A DNA stretch of 64,000 bases from Pseudomonadota bacterium (GTDB taxonomy: Bacteria > Pseudomonadota > Gammaproteobacteria > Burkholderiales > Rhodocyclaceae). Shown piece after piece: positions 11,362-20,566 of the stretch (position 1 is the first letter of the stretch; every line of letters starts with the position of its first letter). The stretch spans positions 31,814-95,813 of the forward strand of contig JBDKHF010000031.1 in the NCBI GenBank assembly GCA_039797825.1, written 5' to 3'. A program made the translations under genes and the position numbers. The notes under the pieces are model-generated. The model was not told the origin of the DNA and searched no databases. It was given only the letters and a program-made list of their open reading frames with translations.

Positions 11362-12531
11362 TTAACGATGCTTTACAAAAGCCTTACGCAAACGCTCCGC
11401 CCCGAGCAAGAGCGTTTCTTCTTTTTTGGCGAAACAGAAGCGAACCACCTGGTCATCGCGCCCATCGGCGTTAAAAACCGAGACCGGAATCACCGCCACG
11501 CCCACTTCGCGCGTCATCCATTCGGCAAAAGCACGATCCGGCAAATCAGAGAGTCCGGCGTAGCTGGCGAGTTGAAAATAGGTGCCGCGACAGGGCAACA
11601 ACTTGAATGGGGTTGCGGCCATTAACTCTTGGAAAAAATCGCGCTTTTCCTGATAGAAAGCCGCCAGCCCAAGATGGCGGGCGGCATCCTGCATGTATTC
11701 GGCCAAGGCCAGTTGCGACGGCGTATGCACGGTAAAGACGTTGAATTGATGAACCTTGCGAAACTCCGCCATGAGCGCCGCCGGGCCGACCACGTAGCCA
11801 ATTTTCCAGCCGGTGATGTGATAGGTTTTGCCGAAACTGGAAACGATAATGCTGCGTTGCGCCAAGGCCGAATGAGCGCAAAGGCTGGCGTGCTGCTCGC
11901 CATCAAACAGAATGTGTTCGTAAACCTCGTCAGACAGCACGACGATATTGGTGCCGCGCAGCAATTCCGCCAGCTTTTCCAGGTCGACCGCAGTCAGCAA
12001 GCTGCCGGTCGGGTTGTGCGGCGAATTGATGATGATCATCCGCGTTTTGGGCGTAATCAGTTGCGCCACCTGCGCCCAGTCCGGCGCGTAATCGGGGAAT
12101 TTCAACTGGGCGAAAACCGCCGTTCCGCCCACCGTTTCAATCGCTGGCACATAGGAATCATAGACCGGCTCAAAGACAATCACTTCATCACCGGGCCGGA
12201 CAAAGGCAGCCACAGCAGTGAAAATTGCCTGCGTCGCGCCGGCCGTCACCGTTACTTCGGATTCAACATCGAAACGCGTGCCGTAGAGCGCCGCCACCTT
12301 GTCGACAATTGCCTGGCGCAATTCCGGCGTGCCGGCCATCGGCGCGTACTGGTTGCGGCCCTCACGCATATGTCGATGGACGGCGTCGAACAGGGCTGGC
12401 TCGGCCTGAAAATCAGGGAAACCTTGCGACAGGTTGACCGCCCCGCATTCGGTCGCCATGCGTGACATCACGGTAAAAATGGTGGTGCCCATCTGCGGAA
12501 AACGGGAATCGATTCGGATTGGAGTTTGCAT
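11362..12531 (-). CDS. class I/II pyridoxal-phosphate aminotransferase (methionine aminotransferase YbdL-like)
   Basis: PLP-lysine context SSFGKTYHITGWKIGY and NPTG motif. About 389 aa from ATG 12531; the track ORF starts at TTG 12573. Confidence 0.85.
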   Translation of the reverse strand: MQTPIRIDSRFPQMGTTIFTVMSRMATECGAVNLSQGFPDFQAEPALFDAVHRHMREGRNQYAPMAGTPELRQAIVDKVAALYGTRFDVESEVTVTAGATQAIFTAVAAFVRPGDEVIVFEPVYDSYVPAIETVGGTAVFAQLKFPDYAPDWAQVAQLITPKTRMIIINSPHNPTGSLLTAVDLEKLAELLRGTNIVVLSDEVYEHILFDGEQHASLCAHSALAQRSIIVSSFGKTYHITGWKIGYVVGPAALMAEFRKVHQFNVFTVHTPSQLALAEYMQDAARHLGLAAFYQEKRDFFQELMAATPFKLLPCRGTYFQLASYAGLSDLPDRAFAEWMTREVGVAVIPVSVFNADGRDDQVVRFCFAKKEETLLLGAERLRKAFVKHR

Positions 12532-12647
12532 GTTGCGGTCAACCTTGAAAAGAAGGCCAAAATCATGCGCCAAGGAAAGCTGATCGACAACTGCCCAGCT
12601 CAGAAAAGGGTAGTATTACATCCGTTATAACAACCAAGGAAATCGCC

Positions 12648-12872
12648 ATGTTCGCCCTCAAATTGACTCAGATTGGTAATTCGGTTGGCGTGGTGTTGCC
12701 GAAGGAATTGTTAGCCAAACTCCATGTTGAGAAAGGCGACACGGTCTACGCCACAGAATCCCCGGATGGCGTTCGCCTCACACCTTTCGACCCAGCTTTT
12801 GAGAAGCAGATGGAAGCGGCCCGCAAGATCATGAAAGCGCGGCGCAATGTTTTGCATGAGTTGGCGAAATGA
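12648..12872 (+). CDS. AbrB/MazE/SpoVT-family antitoxin (partner of Doc)
   Basis: 74 aa. N-terminal LTQIGNSVGVVLPKELL swapped-hairpin motif. 4-nt overlap with the downstream Doc gene. Confidence 0.8.
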   Translation: MFALKLTQIGNSVGVVLPKELLAKLHVEKGDTVYATESPDGVRLTPFDPAFEKQMEAARKIMKARRNVLHELAK

Positions 12873-13255
12873 GCCAGTGGGTCTGGATTGAGGAATCGGT
12901 TGTTTGGGCAGTTCACGAAGCCCAACTCGCCGAACACGGTGGCTCAGCCGGGGTACGCGATTCAGGTTTGCTGCAATCCGCTTTGGCACGACCACTTAAC
13001 CTGCTTGCCTATGGCGAAGCCGACGCACCGACTCTTGCTGCCGCCTATGGCTTCGGGATCGCCCGCAACCACCCATTTATTGATGGCAACAAACGCACCG
13101 CCTTTGTTTGTGTCGAGCTTTTTCTTGCCCTCAACGGTTTTGTTTTGACGGCACTTGACGCTGACTGTGTCAGCACCATGCTGGCATTGGCTGCAGGGGA
13201 ACTCCCCGAAGCAGACTTTGCTGCCTGGATCAAAGACCACACCCTCCCCCTCTAA
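12869..13255 (+). CDS. doc: type II toxin Doc (death-on-curing, Fic fold)
   Basis: 128 aa with the Fic/Doc motif HPFIDGNKRTA. Confidence 0.88.
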   Translation: MSQWVWIEESVVWAVHEAQLAEHGGSAGVRDSGLLQSALARPLNLLAYGEADAPTLAAAYGFGIARNHPFIDGNKRTAFVCVELFLALNGFVLTALDADCVSTMLALAAGELPEADFAAWIKDHTLPL

Positions 13256-13258
13256 ACC

Positions 13259-14350
13259 ATGAATATCAACGGCACCCCTACCCGTACCCTGCGCGCTCAT
13301 CCTGAACTGCGCGTGATCGAGATCATCGACCAGACCCGCCTGCCGCACGCCTTGCACTGGTTGCGCGTCAGCACGCTGGACGAAGCTGCGCACGCGATCC
13401 GCACCATGCAGGTACGTGGCGCGCCCTTGATCGGCGCGACTGCCGCTTATGGCTTGGCGATTGCACTCTCTGCCGATGCCTCGGACACGCATTTGCAGCA
13501 CGCCGCCCAATTGTTACGGTCAACCCGCCCAACCGCCGTAAATTTGCACTGGGCGCTGGCGCGGATGGAAGCGGCATTGCAGCAATTGCCTGCCGCGCAA
13601 CGCTGCTCAGCGGCCTGGCAGGAAGCATGCGCAATTGCTGAAGAAGATGTTTTACAGAATGCCGCCATCGGCCAGCATGGCCTTGGCCTTTTCCGCCAGA
13701 TCGCCCGCAGCCAAGCCAAGGCACTCAACATCATGACCCACTGCAATGCCGGCTGGCTGGCGACGGTTGATTGGGGCACCGCACTTTCGCCGGTTTATGC
13801 CGCCGATGATGCCGGCCTTGCCATCCACGTCTGGGTTTCCGAAACCCGGCCACGCAATCAGGGCTTGCTCACCGCCTGGGAACTGGCGCAGCACGGCGTG
13901 CCGCACACGCTGATCGCCGACAACGCCGCCGGCATCCTGATGCGCGCTGGCCAGGTTGATGCCGTGATTGTTGGCGCCGACCGGATTGCGGCCAATGGCG
14001 ATGTCGCCAACAAGGTCGGCACCTATCTCAAGGCGCTGGCCTGTGCTGATAATGGCATTCCCTTCTATGTCGCCGCACCGCGCTCAACGCTGGATTTTGC
14101 CTGTCCGGATGGCGCAGCGATCCCGATAGAGGAACGCGACGGTGATGAATTCCGTCTGGTGCACGGCCTCGATCCACGCGGCGTTCCTTCAGCCCTGCAC
14201 CAGTTGCCAGCCCGCGAAGCGGTTGCCAACCCGGCCTTTGACGTCACCCCGGCGCGGCTGGTCACGGCGATCATCACCGAACGCGGCGTCTGCCCGGCCA
14301 GCGGCGCAGGATTACTCGCGCTTTACCCCGAAATTTCTGTGCCAAAGTGA
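13259..14350 (+). CDS. mtnA: S-methyl-5-thioribose-1-phosphate isomerase
   Basis: 363 aa, eIF-2B/MtnA family motifs (MQVRGAPLIG, GADRIAANGDVANKVGTY). Confidence 0.9.
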   Translation: MNINGTPTRTLRAHPELRVIEIIDQTRLPHALHWLRVSTLDEAAHAIRTMQVRGAPLIGATAAYGLAIALSADASDTHLQHAAQLLRSTRPTAVNLHWALARMEAALQQLPAAQRCSAAWQEACAIAEEDVLQNAAIGQHGLGLFRQIARSQAKALNIMTHCNAGWLATVDWGTALSPVYAADDAGLAIHVWVSETRPRNQGLLTAWELAQHGVPHTLIADNAAGILMRAGQVDAVIVGADRIAANGDVANKVGTYLKALACADNGIPFYVAAPRSTLDFACPDGAAIPIEERDGDEFRLVHGLDPRGVPSALHQLPAREAVANPAFDVTPARLVTAIITERGVCPASGAGLLALYPEISVPK

Positions 14351-14389
14351 GAGAATGCCATTCACAATCTGATTGACGAAAGAACAGAG

Positions 14390-14959
14390 ATGCCCAGCAC
14401 TTTACCCAAGAAGCCGCACCTGATCAGTCCGGAAGACTACCTTGCACACGAAGCGGAAGCCGCCGAGAAGTGTGAATACATCGACGGCGAGATATACGCG
14501 ATGACCGGGACGACGGTTCGCCATAACCGGATTGCACTGGATACGGCGATCCTTTTAAAAAATCATTTGAAGGGACAGCCCTGCGAGACTTTCATCGCCG
14601 ACGTCAAAGTCCACGCCGCACGCGCCAACGCTTTTTACTACCCGGATGTCGTCGTTCGCTGCAACCCGACCCCACTAGCCGACGAAACCCGCGTCATTGA
14701 TGATCCGGCGCTGATTATTGAAGTCTTGTCGCCCTCGACCGAAGCCATCGACCGCCGTGAAAAACTGGCCGCCTATCGCCGCATTCCTTCGGTTCAGGAA
14801 TATGTACTGATTTCGCAAAACGAGCGCAGCGTCGAGATTTATCGCCGACAAGGCGACATCAACTGGTCTTACCTGGCTTTTGCCGATGACGAGGCGGTTA
14901 CGCTGGAAAGCGTCAGTCTGATCCTGGCGATGGATCTCATTTACGGTACCGATGTCTGA
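14390..14959 (+). CDS. Uma2-family (DUF820) PD-(D/E)XK putative endonuclease
   Basis: 189 aa. Typical Uma2 layout (YEYIDGEIYAM-like N-terminus, then PDVVV....EVLSPST core). Confidence 0.8.
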   Translation: MPSTLPKKPHLISPEDYLAHEAEAAEKCEYIDGEIYAMTGTTVRHNRIALDTAILLKNHLKGQPCETFIADVKVHAARANAFYYPDVVVRCNPTPLADETRVIDDPALIIEVLSPSTEAIDRREKLAAYRRIPSVQEYVLISQNERSVEIYRRQGDINWSYLAFADDEAVTLESVSLILAMDLIYGTDV

Positions 14960-15581
14960 TCCCCGCCAGCAACTGATCGCCACCGCTCAAGCGATGCAAG
15001 CCGCCGGCCTCAATCACGGCACCTCGGGCAACCTCAGCCTGCGCCACGAAAATGGCTTTTACATCACACCAACCGGCATGCCTTACTCGGCTTTAGAAGC
15101 CGACGACATTCCGCTGATGGCGCTAGCTGGCACACACAGCGGCCAGCGCAAGCCCTCTTCCGAATGGCGTTTTCATCGCGACCTCTACGCCAGCCGGCCC
15201 GAAGTCGGTGCTGTGCTACACGCCCATTCACCGTTTGCCGTCAGCCTTGCCTGCCTGCGCTACGACATCCCGCCCTTCCATTACATGATTGCGCGCTTTG
15301 GCGGCGACAGCATCCGCTGCGCCGATTACGCAATTTTTGGCTCAGAAGCGCTGTCGACCGCAGCACTTGGCGCCATGCACGAACGCAAAGGCTGCCTGCT
15401 TGCCAACCACGGCTTGCTGGTTGCCGGGCGTGATCTTGAGGAAGCCTTGGCCTTGGCCGTCGAACTTGAGGAATTATGCGAACAATACTGGCGCGCCTGT
15501 CAGCTCGGCCAACCGGTATTGCTCAAGGCCAGCGAAATGGACGAGGTCATCCAGAAATTTGCTGGCTATGGCCAGCAATAG
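14952..15581 (+). CDS. class II aldolase/adducin family protein (MtnB-like dehydratase or fuculose-phosphate-aldolase-like)
   Basis: 209 aa with GTSGNLS and HAHSPFA metal-binding motifs. Lies beside mtnA. Overlaps the Uma2 gene by 8 nt. Confidence 0.75.
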   Translation: MSDPRQQLIATAQAMQAAGLNHGTSGNLSLRHENGFYITPTGMPYSALEADDIPLMALAGTHSGQRKPSSEWRFHRDLYASRPEVGAVLHAHSPFAVSLACLRYDIPPFHYMIARFGGDSIRCADYAIFGSEALSTAALGAMHERKGCLLANHGLLVAGRDLEEALALAVELEELCEQYWRACQLGQPVLLKASEMDEVIQKFAGYGQQ

Positions 15582-15595
15582 CTCGAAAGCTGGAG

Positions 15596-16321
15596 CTAAA
15601 TCTTTTCCGGCGCGGCGCTGCGTTCGACCGTGGACGTAAAGACATAACCTTGCGAACGCAGGGTCTTGATGTACCCGCTGCCATCTGGCTGAACGCCCAG
15701 CAAACGACGAATCTGGCTGATATGCACATCAATAATGCGATCGTAAGGCAGGTATTCACGCTTCAAGGCGCGCGACAAAATCTCGCGCGAGAGCGGCTGA
15801 AAAGGCTGCTCGAGAAATGCACTCAGCAAGGCAAAAGCCGAAACCCCCAAGGCAACCGGTTGCCCTTCCTTGTTAGTCAAGACCCGGCTGGCCGGGTCCA
15901 GCACCCAATCACCAAACTGCAAACAACAACCGGGACGACCACCACACTGCGCCGCACGCCCCTTGGCGCGCCGCAACAGACTGCGGGTCCGCGCCAGCAA
16001 TTCGCGCATATTGCAGGGTTTGGGCAGGAAATCATCAGCGCCGATTTCAATCCCAATAATCCGTTCAATTTCTTCCGAGCGGGTTGAATGAATCAGCACC
16101 GGCACGTCAGATTGCTGACGCAAACGCCGCAACAACTCGAAACCATCAGCATCGGGCAAGCCCAGATCAAGGATCACGACATCGGGATTTTCACCCATCT
16201 GGCGCCACATCGCTGCGGCAGAGCCAGCAATCAGACTGTCAATACCGGCCGTTGCCAACGTACTGGCAACAACATGGCAGGTAGCCGGGTCATCTTCAAC
16301 AATAAGGGCAATTGGGCGCAT
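15596..16321 (-). CDS. OmpR-family response regulator
   Basis: Receiver (IVEDD, VVILDLGLPDADG) plus winged-helix output domain. ATG at 16321 (MRPIALIV...). Confidence 0.85.
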   Translation of the reverse strand: MRPIALIVEDDPATCHVVASTLATAGIDSLIAGSAAAMWRQMGENPDVVILDLGLPDADGFELLRRLRQQSDVPVLIHSTRSEEIERIIGIEIGADDFLPKPCNMRELLARTRSLLRRAKGRAAQCGGRPGCCLQFGDWVLDPASRVLTNKEGQPVALGVSAFALLSAFLEQPFQPLSREILSRALKREYLPYDRIIDVHISQIRRLLGVQPDGSGYIKTLRSQGYVFTSTVERSAAPEKI

Positions 16322-16431
16322 GAAATCCGTTGACAGTCGAAAAGTGAGAAAATCCAGATACATCAACAATCTAATGGCGTATTTTAATACGCTACGCGCT
16401 AGCTAAACCTTCCTGAACAACAAACTTCATC

Positions 16432-16848
16432 ATGCAGGCAAGCCAGACTCAATCTTCTCTGACCCACAACATGCCGCCTAACCAACTGGCTGGATTCAAT
16501 GTTGACCATGCCGTCGAACGCATGCTGGGCCAACCCACCCTGTGGTGGGAGGCGCTCGGTATGTTTGTGCACCATTTCGCCGAGTGGGAAACCGAATGGC
16601 AAACCAGCCGGAGTAGCAACGAAGCGGAACGGCGCTGTGTTCACGCCTTGCGCAGCAGCGCGGCCAATATCGGCGCCGACTATCTTTCCTGCATCGCTGC
16701 AACGCTTGAGGAATTGCTCGCCAAACGTTGTGTTGGTCAAGACGTCGCCATTCCGCCCAGCATTCGCTGGTATCTCAAGGACTGCTTTCGCGAAACCTGG
16801 CGCACTGCAGCAGCCGCCAAACAGCTAACGATAACAACGCATTCGTGA
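16432..16848 (+). CDS. stand-alone Hpt (histidine phosphotransfer) domain protein
   Basis: [13 protein letters not shown] matches the HxLKGSxxxxGA phospho-His motif. Its stop overlaps the ATG of the downstream hybrid kinase (TGATG). Confidence 0.65.
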   Translation: MQASQTQSSLTHNMPPNQLAGFNVDHAVERMLGQPTLWWEALGMFVHHFAEWETEWQTSRSSNEAERRCVHALRSSAANIGADYLSCIAATLEELLAKRCVGQDVAIPPSIRWYLKDCFRETWRTAAAAKQLTITTHS

Positions 16849-19247
16849 TGCAACTCAGAAAAACCGCCACCCAAAACAGCTCTCTGCACGCCCGGCTGAG
16901 CACCAGCAGCACGCGCATTTTGACTGAGACGCTGATCGTGATCAGCGCCATCGTCCTGCTCACTTCGCTCGGCTTCAGTATCACCCAGCGCATTCAGGCG
17001 GAGGAACAGCGGATCGCGATGCTCACCGCCTATGCCATCCCGTTGATACTCCGTAACGACCATGAGCGCGCTCAAGAATTGCTGGCCGCACTAGACAAGC
17101 AGCCGCAGATCGACTCCAGCGCTTTGTTTTTAGATGACGGCAGCCTTTTTGCGCACACCCAGCGCCGCGATCTTCCAGAACAGCCGGCAAGCCTGGTGCG
17201 GCAGACCAGCAGATCAATCAGCGGTCTCTCGCTGGTTTTGAACAACGAAATCCACTCGGATAACAAGACCATCGGTTGGCTACGAGTTTCAATTGACATA
17301 TTCCCGGCTCTACAACAACTGGCTTTCTATCTCGGCATAATCATCATTGAAATGCTGATCGCACTGGTCATTGCGCTGCACCAGCAGCGCCGGCAACATG
17401 AAAAACTGATCGAGCCGCTAAAAGACTTGGCGCTAAACATGAAAGCGGTGTCGAACGGCCAACTTAACACCCGTGCCAATCAAAGCGCGATTGTCGAATT
17501 GGACATTCTCAGCGACGGCTTCAACAATATGGTCGATCAGATTCGCGAACGCGACCACTGGCTGACCATGCACCTGAGCAATCTCGAACAAATGGTCGAG
17601 CAACGCACACGTGATTTGCGCTATGCCAAGGAAGCCGCCGAGGCGGGTAGCCGCGCCAAAAGTGATTTTTTGGCGACGATGAGCCATGAAATCCGCACGC
17701 CGATGAACGGTGTTCTCGGCATGACCGAACTGCTGCTCAGCACCGGTCTCAATGAAAACCAGCGGCGTTATTTGATGGCCGTCGAACGTTCCGGCCAGCA
17801 CCTGCTCGGTATCATTAACGACATTCTCGATTTCTCAAAAATCGAATCCGGCAAATTGGCACTTGAATCAATCGCCATCGATCTCCCCGCCCTGATCAGG
17901 GAAATGGCCGAATTGTTTACGCCATCCGCCGAAAAAAAGGGGTTGTCCTTGCAGTTCCAGGCACCAGCCATCAGCGAACTGATGGTGCACAGCGATCCGC
18001 TCCGTTTGCGCCAGGTACTGGCCAATTTACTGAGCAATGCGATCAAGTTTACCGAACGCGGCGAAATTATTATCCAGATGGAAGTGCTGGAAACCCTGGA
18101 AAGTTTCACCAAAATACAGTTGACCGTAACAGATACGGGAATCGGCATTCCGGACGAAGTGCAGGACTTTATTTTTGAAAATTTTTCCCAGGCCGATAGT
18201 TCAACATCGCGCAAATACGGCGGTACGGGCTTGGGCTTGGCGATTAGCCGCAACCTGATTCAGATGATGGGTGGCAGCCTGACCGTAAGCAGCCAGCCAG
18301 GTTCAGGCTCCCGTTTCCAGATTGACATCTGGCTACCTCACGCACAATGCGAAATCTTTATGACGCAAAACACACTCAATCATCCGCCCCAACCAACAGG
18401 GCGCCAGCCTTCTGTCGCCGGCCATGATGTGATCTTTCACGGCCACGTCCTGCTCGCTGAAGACAACGAAACCAATCTGATTGTCGCCCAAGCCTGGCTC
18501 GAGAAAGCCGGACTGAGCGTGCAAACCGCCGAAAATGGCGAACAGGCACTGCGCCTGATCGAACAGGAACATTTCGACATTGTCCTGATGGATTGCCAGA
18601 TGCCGGTTGTAGACGGTTTCGCAGCCACCGAAACGCTGCGCCAGCATGAGGCCGGCACTGGCCGTCACCTGACCGTAATTGCCATAACCGCCAATGCAAT
18701 GGAAGGCGATAAAGAACGCTGCCTGGCCGCTGGCATGGATGATTACCTGGCCAAACCTTACAGCGGCCAGGATCTGAGAAATCTGCTGTTGCGCTGGCTA
18801 GCGAGCGAGCCGGCCAGCACACAGACGAAACCAGCCCCGATTCCACCCCGACCAGGGCAACTGGCGCTTGATCCGAGCCGTAAAGTCCGCCCGCCACTCG
18901 ACGCTTCGGTGCTTGAATCACTGCGTTTGCTCAACCCGGAAGGCGGCAAGGAATTGATCGATACACTGATTACGGCCTACTTGAGAAGCGCGCCGCCGGA
19001 ACTTGAAAATTTACAAAACGGCCTGGACACAGGCACTGCCGAGAACATCATCCGGGCCGCTCACAAGCTGAAATCATCCAATCACAACGTCGGCGCAACA
19101 ACGCTTGGCGAAACCTTTCAAGACATTGAAACACTGGCCCGGCAAGGTGATTTTGAAGCCGTCAATTTACGGATGCCGCTCATGCGCAAGGAGTGGTCAC
19201 GCGTCGAAAAAGCCTTGATTGAACTGCAAACCGAGGCCCGAAAATGA
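16848..19247 (+). CDS. hybrid sensor histidine kinase (TM-sensor-HAMP-HisKA-HATPase-REC-Hpt)
   Basis: H-box [11 protein letters not shown]2 box [12 protein letters not shown], receiver [12 protein letters not shown]-terminal Hpt [13 protein letters not shown]. Confidence 0.88.
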   Translation: MQLRKTATQNSSLHARLSTSSTRILTETLIVISAIVLLTSLGFSITQRIQAEEQRIAMLTAYAIPLILRNDHERAQELLAALDKQPQIDSSALFLDDGSLFAHTQRRDLPEQPASLVRQTSRSISGLSLVLNNEIHSDNKTIGWLRVSIDIFPALQQLAFYLGIIIIEMLIALVIALHQQRRQHEKLIEPLKDLALNMKAVSNGQLNTRANQSAIVELDILSDGFNNMVDQIRERDHWLTMHLSNLEQMVEQRTRDLRYAKEAAEAGSRAKSDFLATMSHEIRTPMNGVLGMTELLLSTGLNENQRRYLMAVERSGQHLLGIINDILDFSKIESGKLALESIAIDLPALIREMAELFTPSAEKKGLSLQFQAPAISELMVHSDPLRLRQVLANLLSNAIKFTERGEIIIQMEVLETLESFTKIQLTVTDTGIGIPDEVQDFIFENFSQADSSTSRKYGGTGLGLAISRNLIQMMGGSLTVSSQPGSGSRFQIDIWLPHAQCEIFMTQNTLNHPPQPTGRQPSVAGHDVIFHGHVLLAEDNETNLIVAQAWLEKAGLSVQTAENGEQALRLIEQEHFDIVLMDCQMPVVDGFAATETLRQHEAGTGRHLTVIAITANAMEGDKERCLAAGMDDYLAKPYSGQDLRNLLLRWLASEPASTQTKPAPIPPRPGQLALDPSRKVRPPLDASVLESLRLLNPEGGKELIDTLITAYLRSAPPELENLQNGLDTGTAENIIRAAHKLKSSNHNVGATTLGETFQDIETLARQGDFEAVNLRMPLMRKEWSRVEKALIELQTEARK

Positions 19248-19621
19248 GCGCGAAAGCACCCCGCATTCTGGTCGCCGATGATGACCCAACCACCTGTCTG
19301 CTCATGCAGGCGGCGCTCGGCAACCGGAGGTTCAGCGTCACAACGGTCGATAACGGCATAGCCGCCGTCGACGCTTTCGCCAGCGAGCCATTTGCGATGG
19401 CCCTGCTCGACATCGAAATGCCGGGGCTTGATGGTTATCTGGTCTGTGGTGAATTACGCCGTCAATATGGCGCAGCCCTGCCGATTATCCTGATCACCGG
19501 CCACGATGACCGTCAGGCAATTGAAGCCGGCTTTGCCGCAGGGGCCAGCGATTTGATCAGCAAACCGGTTAACTGGTCGACGCTGGCAGAACGCCTGCGC
19601 CCACTGCTTGACAAGATTTAA
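19244..19621 (+). CDS. single-domain (CheY-like) response regulator
   Basis: 125 aa, ILVADDD and [11 protein letters not shown] receiver motifs. 4-nt overlap with the kinase gene. Confidence 0.85.
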   Translation: MSAKAPRILVADDDPTTCLLMQAALGNRRFSVTTVDNGIAAVDAFASEPFAMALLDIEMPGLDGYLVCGELRRQYGAALPIILITGHDDRQAIEAGFAAGASDLISKPVNWSTLAERLRPLLDKI

Positions 19622-19786
19622 TGAAAATGGCGCCGCTTTCCCCCCGCGTCGTTTTGGTTTTTTTGGGCTATTTTCCTGGTTGACCGTACTCGGCAAGAGC
19701 ACATCTCACGCCGGCATAGTGATAGACCATCACACAAGCGTCTCGCTGTTGCGACAAATCGGCAAACCAGCCACAATGCATCGCAA

Positions 19787-20074
19787 ATGAAATACACAGG
19801 AAACCCGATGAAAACAGCGACATTTCCACCCTTGCGCACCACGCCCGAACTCAGGCAAGCCGCCGAGCAAATCCTGCAGGAAGGAGAAACACTTTCCAGC
19901 TTCGTCGAACAGGCGATTCGGGAAAGCATAGGGCGGCGCCAACATCAGCAGGAGTTCATCGCCCGTGGCCTGCGCTCACGCGACCAGGCCCGCCAGAGCG
20001 GCAAATACGTCAACGCCGATACCGTCATTGAGCGGCTGGAACAGATGTTGGCAGAAGCCAAGACCAGCCAATGA
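19787..20074 (+). CDS. putative ribbon-helix-helix antitoxin (ParD-like)
   Basis: Small ORF overlapping the downstream ParE/RelE-type gene by 4 nt. The likelier start is ATG 19808 (MKTATFPP), which follows an AGGAAA SD. Confidence 0.65.
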   Translation: MKYTGNPMKTATFPPLRTTPELRQAAEQILQEGETLSSFVEQAIRESIGRRQHQQEFIARGLRSRDQARQSGKYVNADTVIERLEQMLAEAKTSQ

Positions 20075-20379
20075 GCTATCAGGTACGGTTAACGGAAGAA
20101 GCCGAAGCCGATCTGCTCAGACTCTATCAATTCATCCTGACCAAAGACCAGACCGACTGGTCACAGGCAAACCGGGCGCTTGACGCCATCAAAAACGGCA
20201 TCCACAGCTTGGCGCTTTCGCCATTCAGCTACCGCAAAGCAACCCCGAGTACCCCATTTCTGCGGGAACTGATCATTCCATTTGGCGCTTCCGGGTATGT
20301 GGCTTTATTCGAGATTGACGATCAACAGACAGTCACGATCCTGGCCGTACGGCACCAACTGGAGGAGGATTACCATTGA
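20071..20379 (+). CDS. type II toxin, RelE/ParE family
   Basis: 102 aa. N-terminal LTEEAEADLLRLYQFI pattern typical of ParE toxins. Translationally coupled to the upstream small ORF. Confidence 0.8.
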   Translation: MSYQVRLTEEAEADLLRLYQFILTKDQTDWSQANRALDAIKNGIHSLALSPFSYRKATPSTPFLRELIIPFGASGYVALFEIDDQQTVTILAVRHQLEEDYH

Positions 20380-20566
20380 GTGACGACTTGAATATTCTGA
20401 AAAGCAGCATAAGCAAGGCATGCATCATTTTCAGTCTTTTTCCCGGTTGACCGCGCCCCAAAGGAATTCGCGGCACCAAACCCGCTTTGCTGGCCAACTT
20501 GCTTTGCAGGGACTCGCCTTACAGCATTTTTATTGCGTCCGTCTGCTACAGATCCCGATCGCTGGA

